Shown: one piece after another, positions 24,666-32,000 of the stretch
Layout of the letters: each line of letters opens with the position of its first letter
Position numbering within the stretch: position 1 is the first letter of the stretch
NCBI RefSeq assembly: GCF_001548275.1
Contig: NZ_AP014945.1
Span: forward strand, 660,001-692,000
Length of the DNA stretch: 32,000 bases
Direction of reading: 5' to 3'
From: Caldimicrobium thiodismutans
GTDB taxonomy: Bacteria; Desulfobacterota; Thermodesulfobacteria; Thermodesulfobacteriales; Thermodesulfobacteriaceae
Position numbers and translations under genes: made by a program
Notes under the pieces: model-generated
Seen by the model: the letters and a program-made list of their open reading frames with translations, nothing else
The model's database searches: none
Told to the model about the DNA's origin: nothing

Positions 24666-25465
24666 CTGAGTGCGGTATCAAGAATCATCATAATAAGAAA
24701 GCCTGCTCCGAAACCAAGGCTTGCAAGGTCAGAATTTCCAAATTTCTGAGCCTCAGGCAAAAGTTCTTCAATGGTAACAAACATCATAGCCCCGGCTGCT
24801 AAACTAAGGGCATAGGGTAAGATTAGATGACTGAAAAGAGTAGCCCCTGCACCTACAAGGGAGAAAATAGGTTCAACCACGGCAGAAAAAAAGCCATAGA
24901 AAAAACTTTTAAATCTGGTAATTCCAGAATGTTTTAGGGCAAGAGCCAAGGCTAATCCCTCAGGAATATTTTGAAACCCTATTCCCAAAGTTAGATTATA
25001 AGCAGAAAGTAAGAGTTCTTTTTTATCACTTGCACTCCCGAAAGAAACACCTACAGCCAAACCCTCTGGAATGTTATGGATAGTTATTGCCAAAAGTATA
25101 AGAATGCTCTTTTTTAAAGGAACATGAGGACCTTCTTGTTCTATAGGCAGTGAGGCCATGTGAAGGTGGGGCACAGTGATATCAATAATTCGTAAAAGTA
25201 TTATCCCAAGGATAAAACCTATGACAACAGGAATGAAGGCAAGAGAATAGGTCTCCTTAGCTATTTCAAGGGCGGGGTTAAGTAGGGACCAAAAGCTTGC
25301 AGCAATCATGATTCCACCTGCCATGCCAAGAGAGACCGAAAAAACCTTAGGGCTTGTCCTTTTTAAGAAGAAGACCCCTAAACTTCCAACTCCGGTAAGA
25401 AAGAAAGTAAAAAGTCCTCCATATAGGGCTAATTGTAAAATAGAGATATCTTCAAACAAGTTCAT
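24662..25465 (-). CDS. zupT: ZIP-family (ZupT/GufA-like) divalent metal transporter
   Basis: HNIPEGLAVGVSFG and FQNIPEGLALALAL motifs; about 8 TM helices; 267 aa. Confidence 0.85.
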   Translation of the reverse strand: MNLFEDISILQLALYGGLFTFFLTGVGSLGVFFLKRTSPKVFSVSLGMAGGIMIAASFWSLLNPALEIAKETYSLAFIPVVIGFILGIILLRIIDITVPHLHMASLPIEQEGPHVPLKKSILILLAITIHNIPEGLAVGVSFGSASDKKELLLSAYNLTLGIGFQNIPEGLALALALKHSGITRFKSFFYGFFSAVVEPIFSLVGAGATLFSHLILPYALSLAAGAMMFVTIEELLPEAQKFGNSDLASLGFGAGFLIMMILDTALS

Positions 25466-26478
25466 TTAATATCCTTTACTTTTCCTCTAACAGCCCATAC
25501 ATAAAAATGAGGTCCCCTTTTAAGGCCAATTCCTACAGCACCTTTTTCCAGATACAATGCCCAGGCCCAGAGGGGATCATAAAAACTTGTGGTTGAAGAC
25601 CAATAAAATTCTCTAACCTCTTCAAAGGGGTGATTAAGGGGTAGAGCAGGGGAATGATATTCTGCATCAACCAAGCTTTCAAATTCATTTATATTAGGGA
25701 GCCTCCAGTCTGAAAAACCTGCAAAGGATTTTTGGTTAAGCTCATTTATTACCTCAAAGGCCTCCTCCCAGGTTATAAGACCATTAGCAAGATCAGCTCT
25801 TTTGGCCCAAATAAGCCCGGTGAGGTTATCTTTTACAATTTCTCCATTTACTTCAAAACGGGGCTCCGGGGATGAAATCCCGTTTTGAAGTTCTCCATCT
25901 TGTCCTGTATTCTCACAAGGTATTTTTTGCCCTTTAGTATCATAACAAGAAATCTGCCCTGTTACTGGAAAATTGAATGATCCTCTTACAGGCCAGACCA
26001 TGCGCTCATCTTCTTTATGACTGTAAAACATTCTTCCCCCACCAAAATTCACATTCCAGGCATAACGGGGGTTTATAGCTGCTGTCGTAGATGTCCAGTA
26101 CCATCCATGAAAGATTTCTTCAAAAGGATGGTCTGGAGGTAAAACTGGATTTTTAGCCTGTAAATAGCAAAGACTTCTCAGCTCTCTTCTATTGGGTAAT
26201 CTCCAATCGGAAAAACCCAGAAAGTTTTCCTCGTTAAGCTTTTTTATGGCCAAAAAAGCCTCTTCCCAGGTCATAGGAAATTCAAATAAATTTGCTCTTT
26301 TAGGCCAATAAAGACCTGTAAGAACATCTAAAATAATATAATCATTATAAATTTTAAAACGCAAATCCAATTTAAGGCCCAACTGAAATTCTCCGTCTTG
26401 ACCTGATTTATAACAGGGAATCTCCCTGCCATCAGAGTCATAACATTTATTTTGTCCAGTTGCTAAAATCATTTTCAA
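25462..26478 (-). CDS. Tandem DUF1566 (Lcl C-terminal-like) domain protein, no signal peptide
   Basis: Two homologous halves. Each has TGQxxCYDxxGxxIPCxxxGQDGExQxG, then WEEAF...LN...GFSDWRLPN..E..SL, then YWSSTT. ATGA-type 4-nt overlap with the ZIP gene. Confidence 0.7.
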   Translation of the reverse strand: MKMILATGQNKCYDSDGREIPCYKSGQDGEFQLGLKLDLRFKIYNDYIILDVLTGLYWPKRANLFEFPMTWEEAFLAIKKLNEENFLGFSDWRLPNRRELRSLCYLQAKNPVLPPDHPFEEIFHGWYWTSTTAAINPRYAWNVNFGGGRMFYSHKEDERMVWPVRGSFNFPVTGQISCYDTKGQKIPCENTGQDGELQNGISSPEPRFEVNGEIVKDNLTGLIWAKRADLANGLITWEEAFEVINELNQKSFAGFSDWRLPNINEFESLVDAEYHSPALPLNHPFEEVREFYWSSTTSFYDPLWAWALYLEKGAVGIGLKRGPHFYVWAVRGKVKDIK

Positions 26479-26562
26479 CCCTTAGTTGAGCTTTTTATTT
26501 TTTTTAATTTATCATCATTTAGTAGTTATGTGAAGTCAATGAGGATGATTATGGGCACAAGC

Positions 26563-27053
26563 CAGGGTGCATAAGTTTGTATCCTTCCAAGAACAAAGAA
26601 GGGTGGAAAACGAATAAAAAGTGAGAAGTAAGAGGTGAGAGTAGGGGAAGTCCCTTGCGTGTCTGCCCAGTAATGTAAAGGAACATATAACAGGCAAACA
26701 CATAGGCTTGCCCCTGCAAAATACAGGTTTATTTTCCTACAACAGAAGTAGTAGAAAAAATCCTTTAGAGTCTCTAAGGATATAAACACATGCCTGGTGC
26801 ATAAGTTCAGATCCTTACAAGAAAAAAGGAAGGGTGGTAAAAGAGGAATTAGATATCTAAACAAGAGAGGCTTTACAAGTCTGTAAAAGTAACACAGGCA
26901 ATCTTGCCTGTGGAGGTAAATTACACTCCAATGTATGAAAGAAACACAGACAAGAATGTCTGTGCTACAACAGACCCACAAAAAAATTCAAGGGGTATAA
27001 AATTTTAAACCCCTACTATTTAAGTCTCAAAATACCTGGACACATACAGGGGG
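26563..27053 (+). repeat. Mosaic intergenic repeat, copy B (X-heptamers-Y-Z-W-X-hairpins-P-W)
   Basis: See copy A. It also contains a second X module (26795-26835), two related hairpins (26893-26912 and 26945-26964) and an AT-rich palindrome (26991-27016). Confidence 0.75.
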
Positions 27054-27081
27054 TTGACAAAGCCAAAAATTGTTATATTTT
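27054..27081 (+). promoter_or_regulatory. Sigma-70-type promoter of rplU-rpmA
   Basis: TTGACA (27054-27059), 16 nt, TATTTT (27076-27081). A better -10, TATATT at 27074, would leave only a 14-nt spacer. It is preceded by the 18-nt module at 27023-27040. Confidence 0.45.
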
Positions 27082-27108
27082 AAGGGAAAAATTTGGGAGG
27101 AGGAAGAA

Positions 27109-27420
27109 GTGTTTGCTGTCATCAAAACCGGCGGAAAACAATATGTAGTAAAACCTGGAGATCGAATCAGGGTTGAAAAATTGGAAGGAAAGCCTGGGGA
27201 TTCTGTAGAGATTAAAGATGTTCTGCTTGTTAAACAGGGAGAAGAAGTTAAGGTCGGCGATCCTTTTGTATCCAATGCCATGGTTACAGCTGAAATTGTT
27301 GAACAGGGAAGGGCCCCTAAGGTTATTGTTTTTAAGAAGAAACCCAAAAAGGGATATAAAAGAAAAAAGGGGCATCGCCAATTTATTACCACCCTTGAAA
27401 TAAAGGAAATAAAATTTTAA
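27109..27420 (+). CDS. rplU: 50S ribosomal protein L21
   Basis: (V)FAVIKTGGKQYVVKPGD N-terminus. GTG start at 27109 after GGAGGAGG; 103 aa. Confidence 0.92.
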   Translation: MFAVIKTGGKQYVVKPGDRIRVEKLEGKPGDSVEIKDVLLVKQGEEVKVGDPFVSNAMVTAEIVEQGRAPKVIVFKKKPKKGYKRKKGHRQFITTLEIKEIKF

Positions 27421-27434
27421 GGAGGTAAAACTCT

Positions 27435-27689
27435 ATGGCACATAAGAAAGCAGGCGGCTCTTCCAGAAACGGAAGAGATTCAGAATCAAAGAGACTTGGT
27501 ATTAAAAGATTCGGAGGGCAAGTAGTTAAAGCTGGTGAGATCATTGTCAGACAGAGGGGGACAAAATTTCACCCCGGCTCCAATGTGGGGCTCGGCAAGG
27601 ATTATACAATCTTTTCCAAAATTGAAGGTGTAGTAAAATTTGAAACTAAGAACGGAAGAAAATTTGTAAGCGTTTATCCACTTTCTTAA
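27435..27689 (+). CDS. rpmA: 50S ribosomal protein L27
   Basis: [29 protein letters not shown]...[10 protein letters not shown]. Confidence 0.95.
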   Translation: MAHKKAGGSSRNGRDSESKRLGIKRFGGQVVKAGEIIVRQRGTKFHPGSNVGLGKDYTIFSKIEGVVKFETKNGRKFVSVYPLS

Positions 27690-27711
27690 TTTATTAATTG
27701 AAAATTAAACA

Positions 27712-27762
27712 AGTCTAAGGAAAGGGTGCCCAATCGGGTCCGGTTTCAATCCACCTTAGACT
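27712..27762 (+). promoter_or_regulatory. Structured leader upstream of rpsB (candidate S2 autoregulatory element)
   Basis: AGTCTAAGG (27712-27720) pairs with CCTTAGACT (27754-27762) as a 9-bp stem around a GC-rich 33-nt insert. It ends 28 nt before the rpsB ATG. Confidence 0.3.
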
Positions 27763-27790
27763 GAGTGATAAAAAACCCTGGGAGGTAAAA

Positions 27791-28639
27791 ATGAGTCACA
27801 TCACTATGAAGCAACTTCTTGAAGCAGGAGTTCATTTCGGGCATCAAACCCGCAGATGGAATCCCAAGATGAAACCCTTTATCTTTGGTGAGAGAAACGG
27901 GATTCACATCATTGATCTTCAGCAAACCCTCAAATACTTTGAGATTGCCTATGAATTTGTGGTTAACTTAACTTCTGAAGGTGGAAAAATCCTTTTTGTA
28001 GGCACAAAAAAACAGGCTCAAGATGCTATTAAGGAAGAGGCGGAAAGGTGTGGTATGCCCTATGTGAACTTTCGGTGGCTTGGTGGAACGCTTACTAATT
28101 TTCGCACAATCAGGCAAAGCGTTGAAAAGTTAAAAAGGATAGAGTCCTGGTTTGAAGATGGGACTATTGAAAGATTTTTAAAGAAAGAAAGGCTTAGACT
28201 GGAAAGGCTCAAATTTAAACTTGAGAGAAACCTTGAAGGTATTAAAAATATGGAAAGCCTGCCTCAGGCTATCTATGTAGTTGATCCTGTATATGAAGAA
28301 ATTGCAGTAAAAGAGGCAAGGAAATTGGGTATTCCTATTGTAGGAATTGTAGATACCAATTGTGATCCAGATCTCATTGATTATGTGATTCCTGGAAATG
28401 ATGATGCTATCAGGGCTGTAAAATTAATTAGTTCAAAAATTGCAGATGCCTGTCTTGAGGGCCAAGAGATTTATAAAGAGAAAATAGTTGCTCTTTCTGA
28501 TAAAGAAGCCTCTTTTGAGGAAGAGATGTTGAGATCCGAAGAGCTAACCGCAGAAAAGATTTTAGAGGAGATCTTTGAGGAAGAAGAAAGGGATGTAAAG
28601 CTTGAAGAAGAAGCTGAGAGAATTCTTGAAAGAGAATAA
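27791..28639 (+). CDS. rpsB: 30S ribosomal protein S2 with an acidic C-terminal extension
   Basis: [39 protein letters not shown]. The last ~45 aa are Glu-rich. Confidence 0.95.
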   Translation: MSHITMKQLLEAGVHFGHQTRRWNPKMKPFIFGERNGIHIIDLQQTLKYFEIAYEFVVNLTSEGGKILFVGTKKQAQDAIKEEAERCGMPYVNFRWLGGTLTNFRTIRQSVEKLKRIESWFEDGTIERFLKKERLRLERLKFKLERNLEGIKNMESLPQAIYVVDPVYEEIAVKEARKLGIPIVGIVDTNCDPDLIDYVIPGNDDAIRAVKLISSKIADACLEGQEIYKEKIVALSDKEASFEEEMLRSEELTAEKILEEIFEEEERDVKLEEEAERILERE

Positions 28640-28667
28640 ATTTCAAATAGAAGAGGGAGGAAAAAAA

Positions 28668-29264
28668 ATGGCAGCAATATCCTTAGATTTAGTCAAACAA
28701 TTAAGAGATAGAACTGCAGCAGGTTTTAGCGACTGTAAAAAGGCCTTAGAAGAAGCTGGTGGAGATATAGAAAAGGCCGTAGATATTTTGAGAAAAAAGG
28801 GCCTTGCCATTGCAGCCAAGAGAGCCGGCAAAGAGGCAAAAGAAGGAGTAATTGCTTCTTATATTCACAGTAATAAAAAAATAGGTGTTCTTGTTGAAGT
28901 AAATTGTGAAACGGATTTTGTGGCAAGAACCCCTGATTTTCAGGACTTTGCCTATAATGTGGCTATGCATATCGCAGCCTCATCACCAATTTGTGTAAGC
29001 AGAGAGGAGATGCCTCAGGAGGCTCTGGAGAGAGAAAAAAGAATTTATGAAGAGCAACTCAGAGAACAGGGTAAACCTGAAAATGTCATTCCTAAGATTA
29101 TTGAAGGAAAACTGGAAAAGTTCTATAAGGAGAGTGTGCTTCTTGAGCAACCTTATATTAAAAATCCTGAACTCACAATTCAGGACTTATTAAATGAGCT
29201 TATTGCCAAGACCGGGGAAAAGATCTTAATCAGGAGATTTGCCAGATTTCAGATAGGTGAATAG
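28668..29264 (+). CDS. tsf: Elongation factor Ts (short form)
   Basis: MAAISLDLVKQLRDRTAAGFSDCKKALEEAGGDIEKAVDILRKKG (UBA-like N-terminus) and EVNCETDFVAR. The ATG at 28668 follows GGGAGG. Confidence 0.9.
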   Translation: MAAISLDLVKQLRDRTAAGFSDCKKALEEAGGDIEKAVDILRKKGLAIAAKRAGKEAKEGVIASYIHSNKKIGVLVEVNCETDFVARTPDFQDFAYNVAMHIAASSPICVSREEMPQEALEREKRIYEEQLREQGKPENVIPKIIEGKLEKFYKESVLLEQPYIKNPELTIQDLLNELIAKTGEKILIRRFARFQIGE

Positions 29265-29267
29265 CTT

Positions 29268-29990
29268 TTGAGTGAGAGTACCCTTAAATATAAAAGAGTC
29301 CTTTTGAAGTTATCAGGCGAGGCTCTGCTTGGGCAAAAAGAATTTGGTATAGATCAAGCTTTTCTTCAAAAGATATCTGAGGAATTGGAAGAAGTTCATG
29401 CTCTTGGGGTTGCGCTCTCTATTGTTATAGGAGGTGGAAATATCTTTAGAGGGGTTGCTGGAGAAAAGGAGGGGCTCAATAGAGCCCGGGCTGATTATAT
29501 GGGGATGCTGGCTACCCTAATTAATGCCCTTGCCCTTCAGGATGTGCTTGAGAGAAGAGGAGTGACCTGCCGAACGATGTCAGCTCTTGAGGTCAAGGAG
29601 GTTGCAGAACCTTATATTCGTGAAAAGGCCCTTAGTCACCTTGAAAAGGGTAGAATTCTTATTCTTGCCTGTGGAACAGGGAATCCCTTTTTTACCACAG
29701 ATACTGCTGCAACCCTAAGGGCCCTTGAACTTAATTGTGAAATCCTTATGAAAGCAACTAAGGTAGATGGTGTTTATGATAGGGATCCTAAGCTCCATCC
29801 TGAGGCTCAAAAATTTGAAGAGATCACCTTTAATGAAGTAATTCAAAAAAATCTCAGGGTTATGGATGCAACAGCCTTTTCCTTAGCCCGTGATAATCAT
29901 CTTCCTATATTAGTTTTCAATCTTTTTCAAAGAGGCAATATAAAAAAAGCCCTTTTTGGTGAAAGAGTAGGAACAATTATTAAGAATTAA
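29268..29990 (+). CDS. pyrH: UMP kinase
   Basis: YKRVLLKLSGEAL, VIGGGNIFRG, ADYMGMLATLINALAL, KATKVDGVYDRDP. TTG start. Confidence 0.9.
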   Translation: MSESTLKYKRVLLKLSGEALLGQKEFGIDQAFLQKISEELEEVHALGVALSIVIGGGNIFRGVAGEKEGLNRARADYMGMLATLINALALQDVLERRGVTCRTMSALEVKEVAEPYIREKALSHLEKGRILILACGTGNPFFTTDTAATLRALELNCEILMKATKVDGVYDRDPKLHPEAQKFEEITFNEVIQKNLRVMDATAFSLARDNHLPILVFNLFQRGNIKKALFGERVGTIIKN

Positions 29991-30003
29991 GGAGGAGAGG
30001 GCT

Positions 30004-30558
30004 ATGAAGGAGGCTTTAGAGGATCTAAAAAAGAGAATGCAAAAAAGTGTTCAGGCCTTTAAGGAAGAGCTTTCTCATATTCGGACATCCCGAGCCTCTG
30101 TGAGTCTCCTTGAAGGAATTAAGGTTGATTGTTATGGTCAGAAGCTTCCTATTCCACAGGTTGCCTCAGTTAATGTCGTGGAAGGCAAAATGCTTGTTAT
30201 TCAGCCCTGGGATCTTAACCTTATTAAGGACATTGAAAAGGCCATTCAGAAATCAGATCTCGGGATTAACCCAACCAGCGACGGAAAGACTCTTAAACTT
30301 GTGATACCTCCTCTTACAGAGGAAAGAAGAAAAGAGCTTGTCAAAGTGGTGCACAAACTTTCTGAAGAAGCGAAGGTAGCTATTAGAAATCTTCGCAGAG
30401 ATATTTTGGATAAGTTTAAGACCGCCAAGAAAAATAAGGAAATCTCAGAGGATGATTACACCAAACTTGAGAAAGAAGTCCAAAAGATTCATGATGAATT
30501 TATAAAAACTATTGATAAGCTTTCTCAAGAGAAGGAAAAAGAAATTCTAACCCTTTAG
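30004..30558 (+). CDS. frr: Ribosome recycling factor
   Basis: FKEELSHIRTSRASVSLLEGIKVDCYG, PPLTEERRKELVK, AIRNLRRD. Confidence 0.95.
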   Translation: MKEALEDLKKRMQKSVQAFKEELSHIRTSRASVSLLEGIKVDCYGQKLPIPQVASVNVVEGKMLVIQPWDLNLIKDIEKAIQKSDLGINPTSDGKTLKLVIPPLTEERRKELVKVVHKLSEEAKVAIRNLRRDILDKFKTAKKNKEISEDDYTKLEKEVQKIHDEFIKTIDKLSQEKEKEILTL

Positions 30559-30559
30559 A

Positions 30560-31306
30560 ATGAACCATACTTCCATAGATGATCATCACCTTATTTCACA
30601 GGTGTTACCCCGTCATGTAGCTATCATAATGGATGGAAATGGTAGATGGGCTAAACGCAAGGGACTGCCTCGTATTGCAGGCCATAAAAAGGGCGTTGAA
30701 GTTGCAAGAAAAATAATTATTAAATCATGTGAGCTTGGGATCCCCTATTTAAGCCTTTTTGCCTTTTCCAAGGAAAACTGGCAACGCCCAAGAGAAGAGG
30801 TAGAAACCCTTTTGGCCCTTTTAGTAGAATACTTGAATAAGGAACTTCCCCTTATGATGGAAAAGGAGATTCGCTTTAAAGTCATTGGAGATAAAGAGGA
30901 TTTTCCAGAGGTTCTTCGGAAAAAGATTGATGAAGTTGAGAAGCTCACCAGTAATAACAATAAGATGACCCTGGTTTTGGCTTTGAGTTATAGCGGAAGA
31001 GCGGAGATTTTAAGAGCAATAAAAAAAATCCTTGAAAAGCTTAAAGAGAAAGCCCTTAAACCGGAGGAGATTACAGAGGAGTCCCTAAGAAATTTTTTTT
31101 ACTTTCCAGAGCTTCCTGATCCAGACTTACTGATCAGGACCAGTGGAGAATTGAGAATCTCTAATTTTTTTCTCTATCAAATAGCCTACACGGAGTTTTA
31201 TTTTTCTGAAATGCTCTGGCCTGATTTTACAGAAGAAGAATATTTAAAGGCCCTTAAATCCTATCAACAAAGGGAAAGGCGTTTTGGCAGGGTCTATGAA
31301 TTTTAA
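30560..31306 (+). CDS. uppS: Di-trans,poly-cis-undecaprenyl-diphosphate synthase
   Basis: HVAIIMDGNGRWA, FAFSKENWQRP, DLLIRTSGELRISNFFLYQIAYTEF. Confidence 0.92.
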   Translation: MNHTSIDDHHLISQVLPRHVAIIMDGNGRWAKRKGLPRIAGHKKGVEVARKIIIKSCELGIPYLSLFAFSKENWQRPREEVETLLALLVEYLNKELPLMMEKEIRFKVIGDKEDFPEVLRKKIDEVEKLTSNNNKMTLVLALSYSGRAEILRAIKKILEKLKEKALKPEEITEESLRNFFYFPELPDPDLLIRTSGELRISNFFLYQIAYTEFYFSEMLWPDFTEEEYLKALKSYQQRERRFGRVYEF

Positions 31307-32000
31307 TTTTTTAAAAAGGTTTCTCTCAGCCCTTATTCTCTCCCCCCTACTTGTTCTTCTTTTACTCAAAGGTAGCCCTTCCCTTATTTTTTCTGTAATT
31401 TTATTCTGTGGGCTGATTGCCTGGTATGAATGGTGTCAGCTCTTTGATTTTTCTCTCTTTTATTTGGTATGGGGCGGGATTATCTTAACGCTCTCTTTCT
31501 CTTTAACCGGGTTTTTTTCTCCATTTTTTCAAATTAGTCTTTTTTTTATTTTTACCTTTTTCCCTTTTTTATTTATCTTTAATAAAGAAAGTTTTACTAA
31601 TCTTTTTTTTCCCTTTTTAATAGGGCTAATTTATTTGTATGTGGGTTTTTTTCCTTTTGAAAATATACTCAGTAAATATCCCAGGGAATTGCTTCTTCTT
31701 TTTTTTCTTATAATCTTTACCAATGATACAGGAGCCTATTTAGCTGGAAAACTCTTTGGGAGACATCCTTTTTTTCCAAAAATTTCTCCCAAAAAAACCT
31801 GGGAGGGTTTTTGGGGAGGTATCCTTTTATCTCTATTATCCGGTCTTATTTTCAATCACTTTTTCTCCCTTTGGTCAATTGAAAGGGTTATTTATCTGGT
31901 TTTAGCTCTCTCCTTGGCAGGGGTTATGGGAGATTTGTTTGAATCTTCTGTAAAAAGAACTGTGGGTAAAAAGGATTCAGGAGCCTTGATCCCGGGGCAT
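31296..32000 (+). CDS. cdsA: Phosphatidate cytidylyltransferase, 3' end cut by the window edge
   Basis: Not in the ORF track because it is open at the right edge. My translation from the ATG at 31296 gives MNFNFLKRFLSALILSPLL..., a polytopic protein. It ends with the CdsA signature ESSVKRTVGKKDSGALIPGH. It overlaps the uppS stop by 11 nt. Confidence 0.8.
   Translation, partial: MNFNFLKRFLSALILSPLLVLLLLKGSPSLIFSVILFCGLIAWYEWCQLFDFSLFYLVWGGIILTLSFSLTGFFSPFFQISLFFIFTFFPFLFIFNKESFTNLFFPFLIGLIYLYVGFFPFENILSKYPRELLLLFFLIIFTNDTGAYLAGKLFGRHPFFPKISPKKTWEGFWGGILLSLLSGLIFNHFFSLWSIERVIYLVLALSLAGVMGDLFESSVKRTVGKKDSGALIPGH

Noticed and set aside
26506-26521. Fur/Zur-like AT-rich box (minus strand AAATGATGATAAATT) upstream of the DUF1566-ZIP operon. 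A TTGACT -35 lies nearby.
   Set aside because: It is only a loose resemblance to GATAAT-type hexamers in a very AT-rich stretch. It is not palindromic, so it is not reported as a feature.
27725-27765. tRNA-like T-arm resemblance (GGTTTCAATCC) in the rpsB leader.
   Set aside because: No acceptor stem, D-arm or anticodon arm can be drawn. The overall length and pairing fit a simple leader hairpin instead.
1-32000. Sigma-54 promoters (TGGCAC-N5-TTGCW), expected because an NtrC-type activator is encoded here.
   Set aside because: The few TGGCAC occurrences (for example near 9413 and 12603, and reverse-strand ones near 708, 18076 and 23671) lack a correctly spaced TTGC. All lie inside coding sequence.

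Overview
This is an AT-rich, tightly packed bacterial chromosomal window. Intergenic space is almost confined to four repeat-filled gaps. K/E/I/L-rich proteins, a cobA/hemD fusion next to hemC, hemW and lptFG suggest a thermophilic anaerobic diderm, perhaps Thermodesulfobacteriota- or Aquificota-like (inference only). Left to right: a partial NtrC-type response regulator with a soluble histidine kinase, an Mpl-like murein ligase and hemW (all minus strand); then lptF-lptG; then an orphan flagellin gene with a textbook sigma-28 promoter and an intrinsic terminator. Next comes a ~5.8 kb accessory block. It holds an MNT-HEPN pair plus a SapC-family gene and, on the opposite strand, a 715-aa GT9 glycosyltransferase / Zn-ribbon / SAM-methyltransferase fusion followed by a small ORF and a second nucleotidyltransferase. 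It ends with a coiled-coil protein built on a near-perfect 21-bp tandem repeat. After that: an FmdB-type Zn-ribbon gene, hemC, cobA/hemD, tyrS and holA; a ParB-like gene paired with a CFeSP-type Fe-S gene; a nikK-M-L-Q-O style ECF Ni/Co importer; and a ZIP transporter translationally coupled to a tandem-DUF1566 protein. The window ends with the conserved rplU-rpmA and rpsB-tsf-pyrH-frr-uppS-cdsA block. I saw no rRNA, tRNA, CRISPR array, transposase or integrase. The most unusual items are: (1) a modular intergenic repeat family whose 18-nt module sits at a fixed distance upstream of the -35 box of unrelated operons; (2) the GT9-methyltransferase fusion operon near a Ser/Thr-rich flagellin; (3) the ParB-like/Fe-S pair; (4) the heptad-repeat protein; (5) the ZIP/DUF1566 coupling. 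All functional calls come from motif recognition by eye; no database search was possible.
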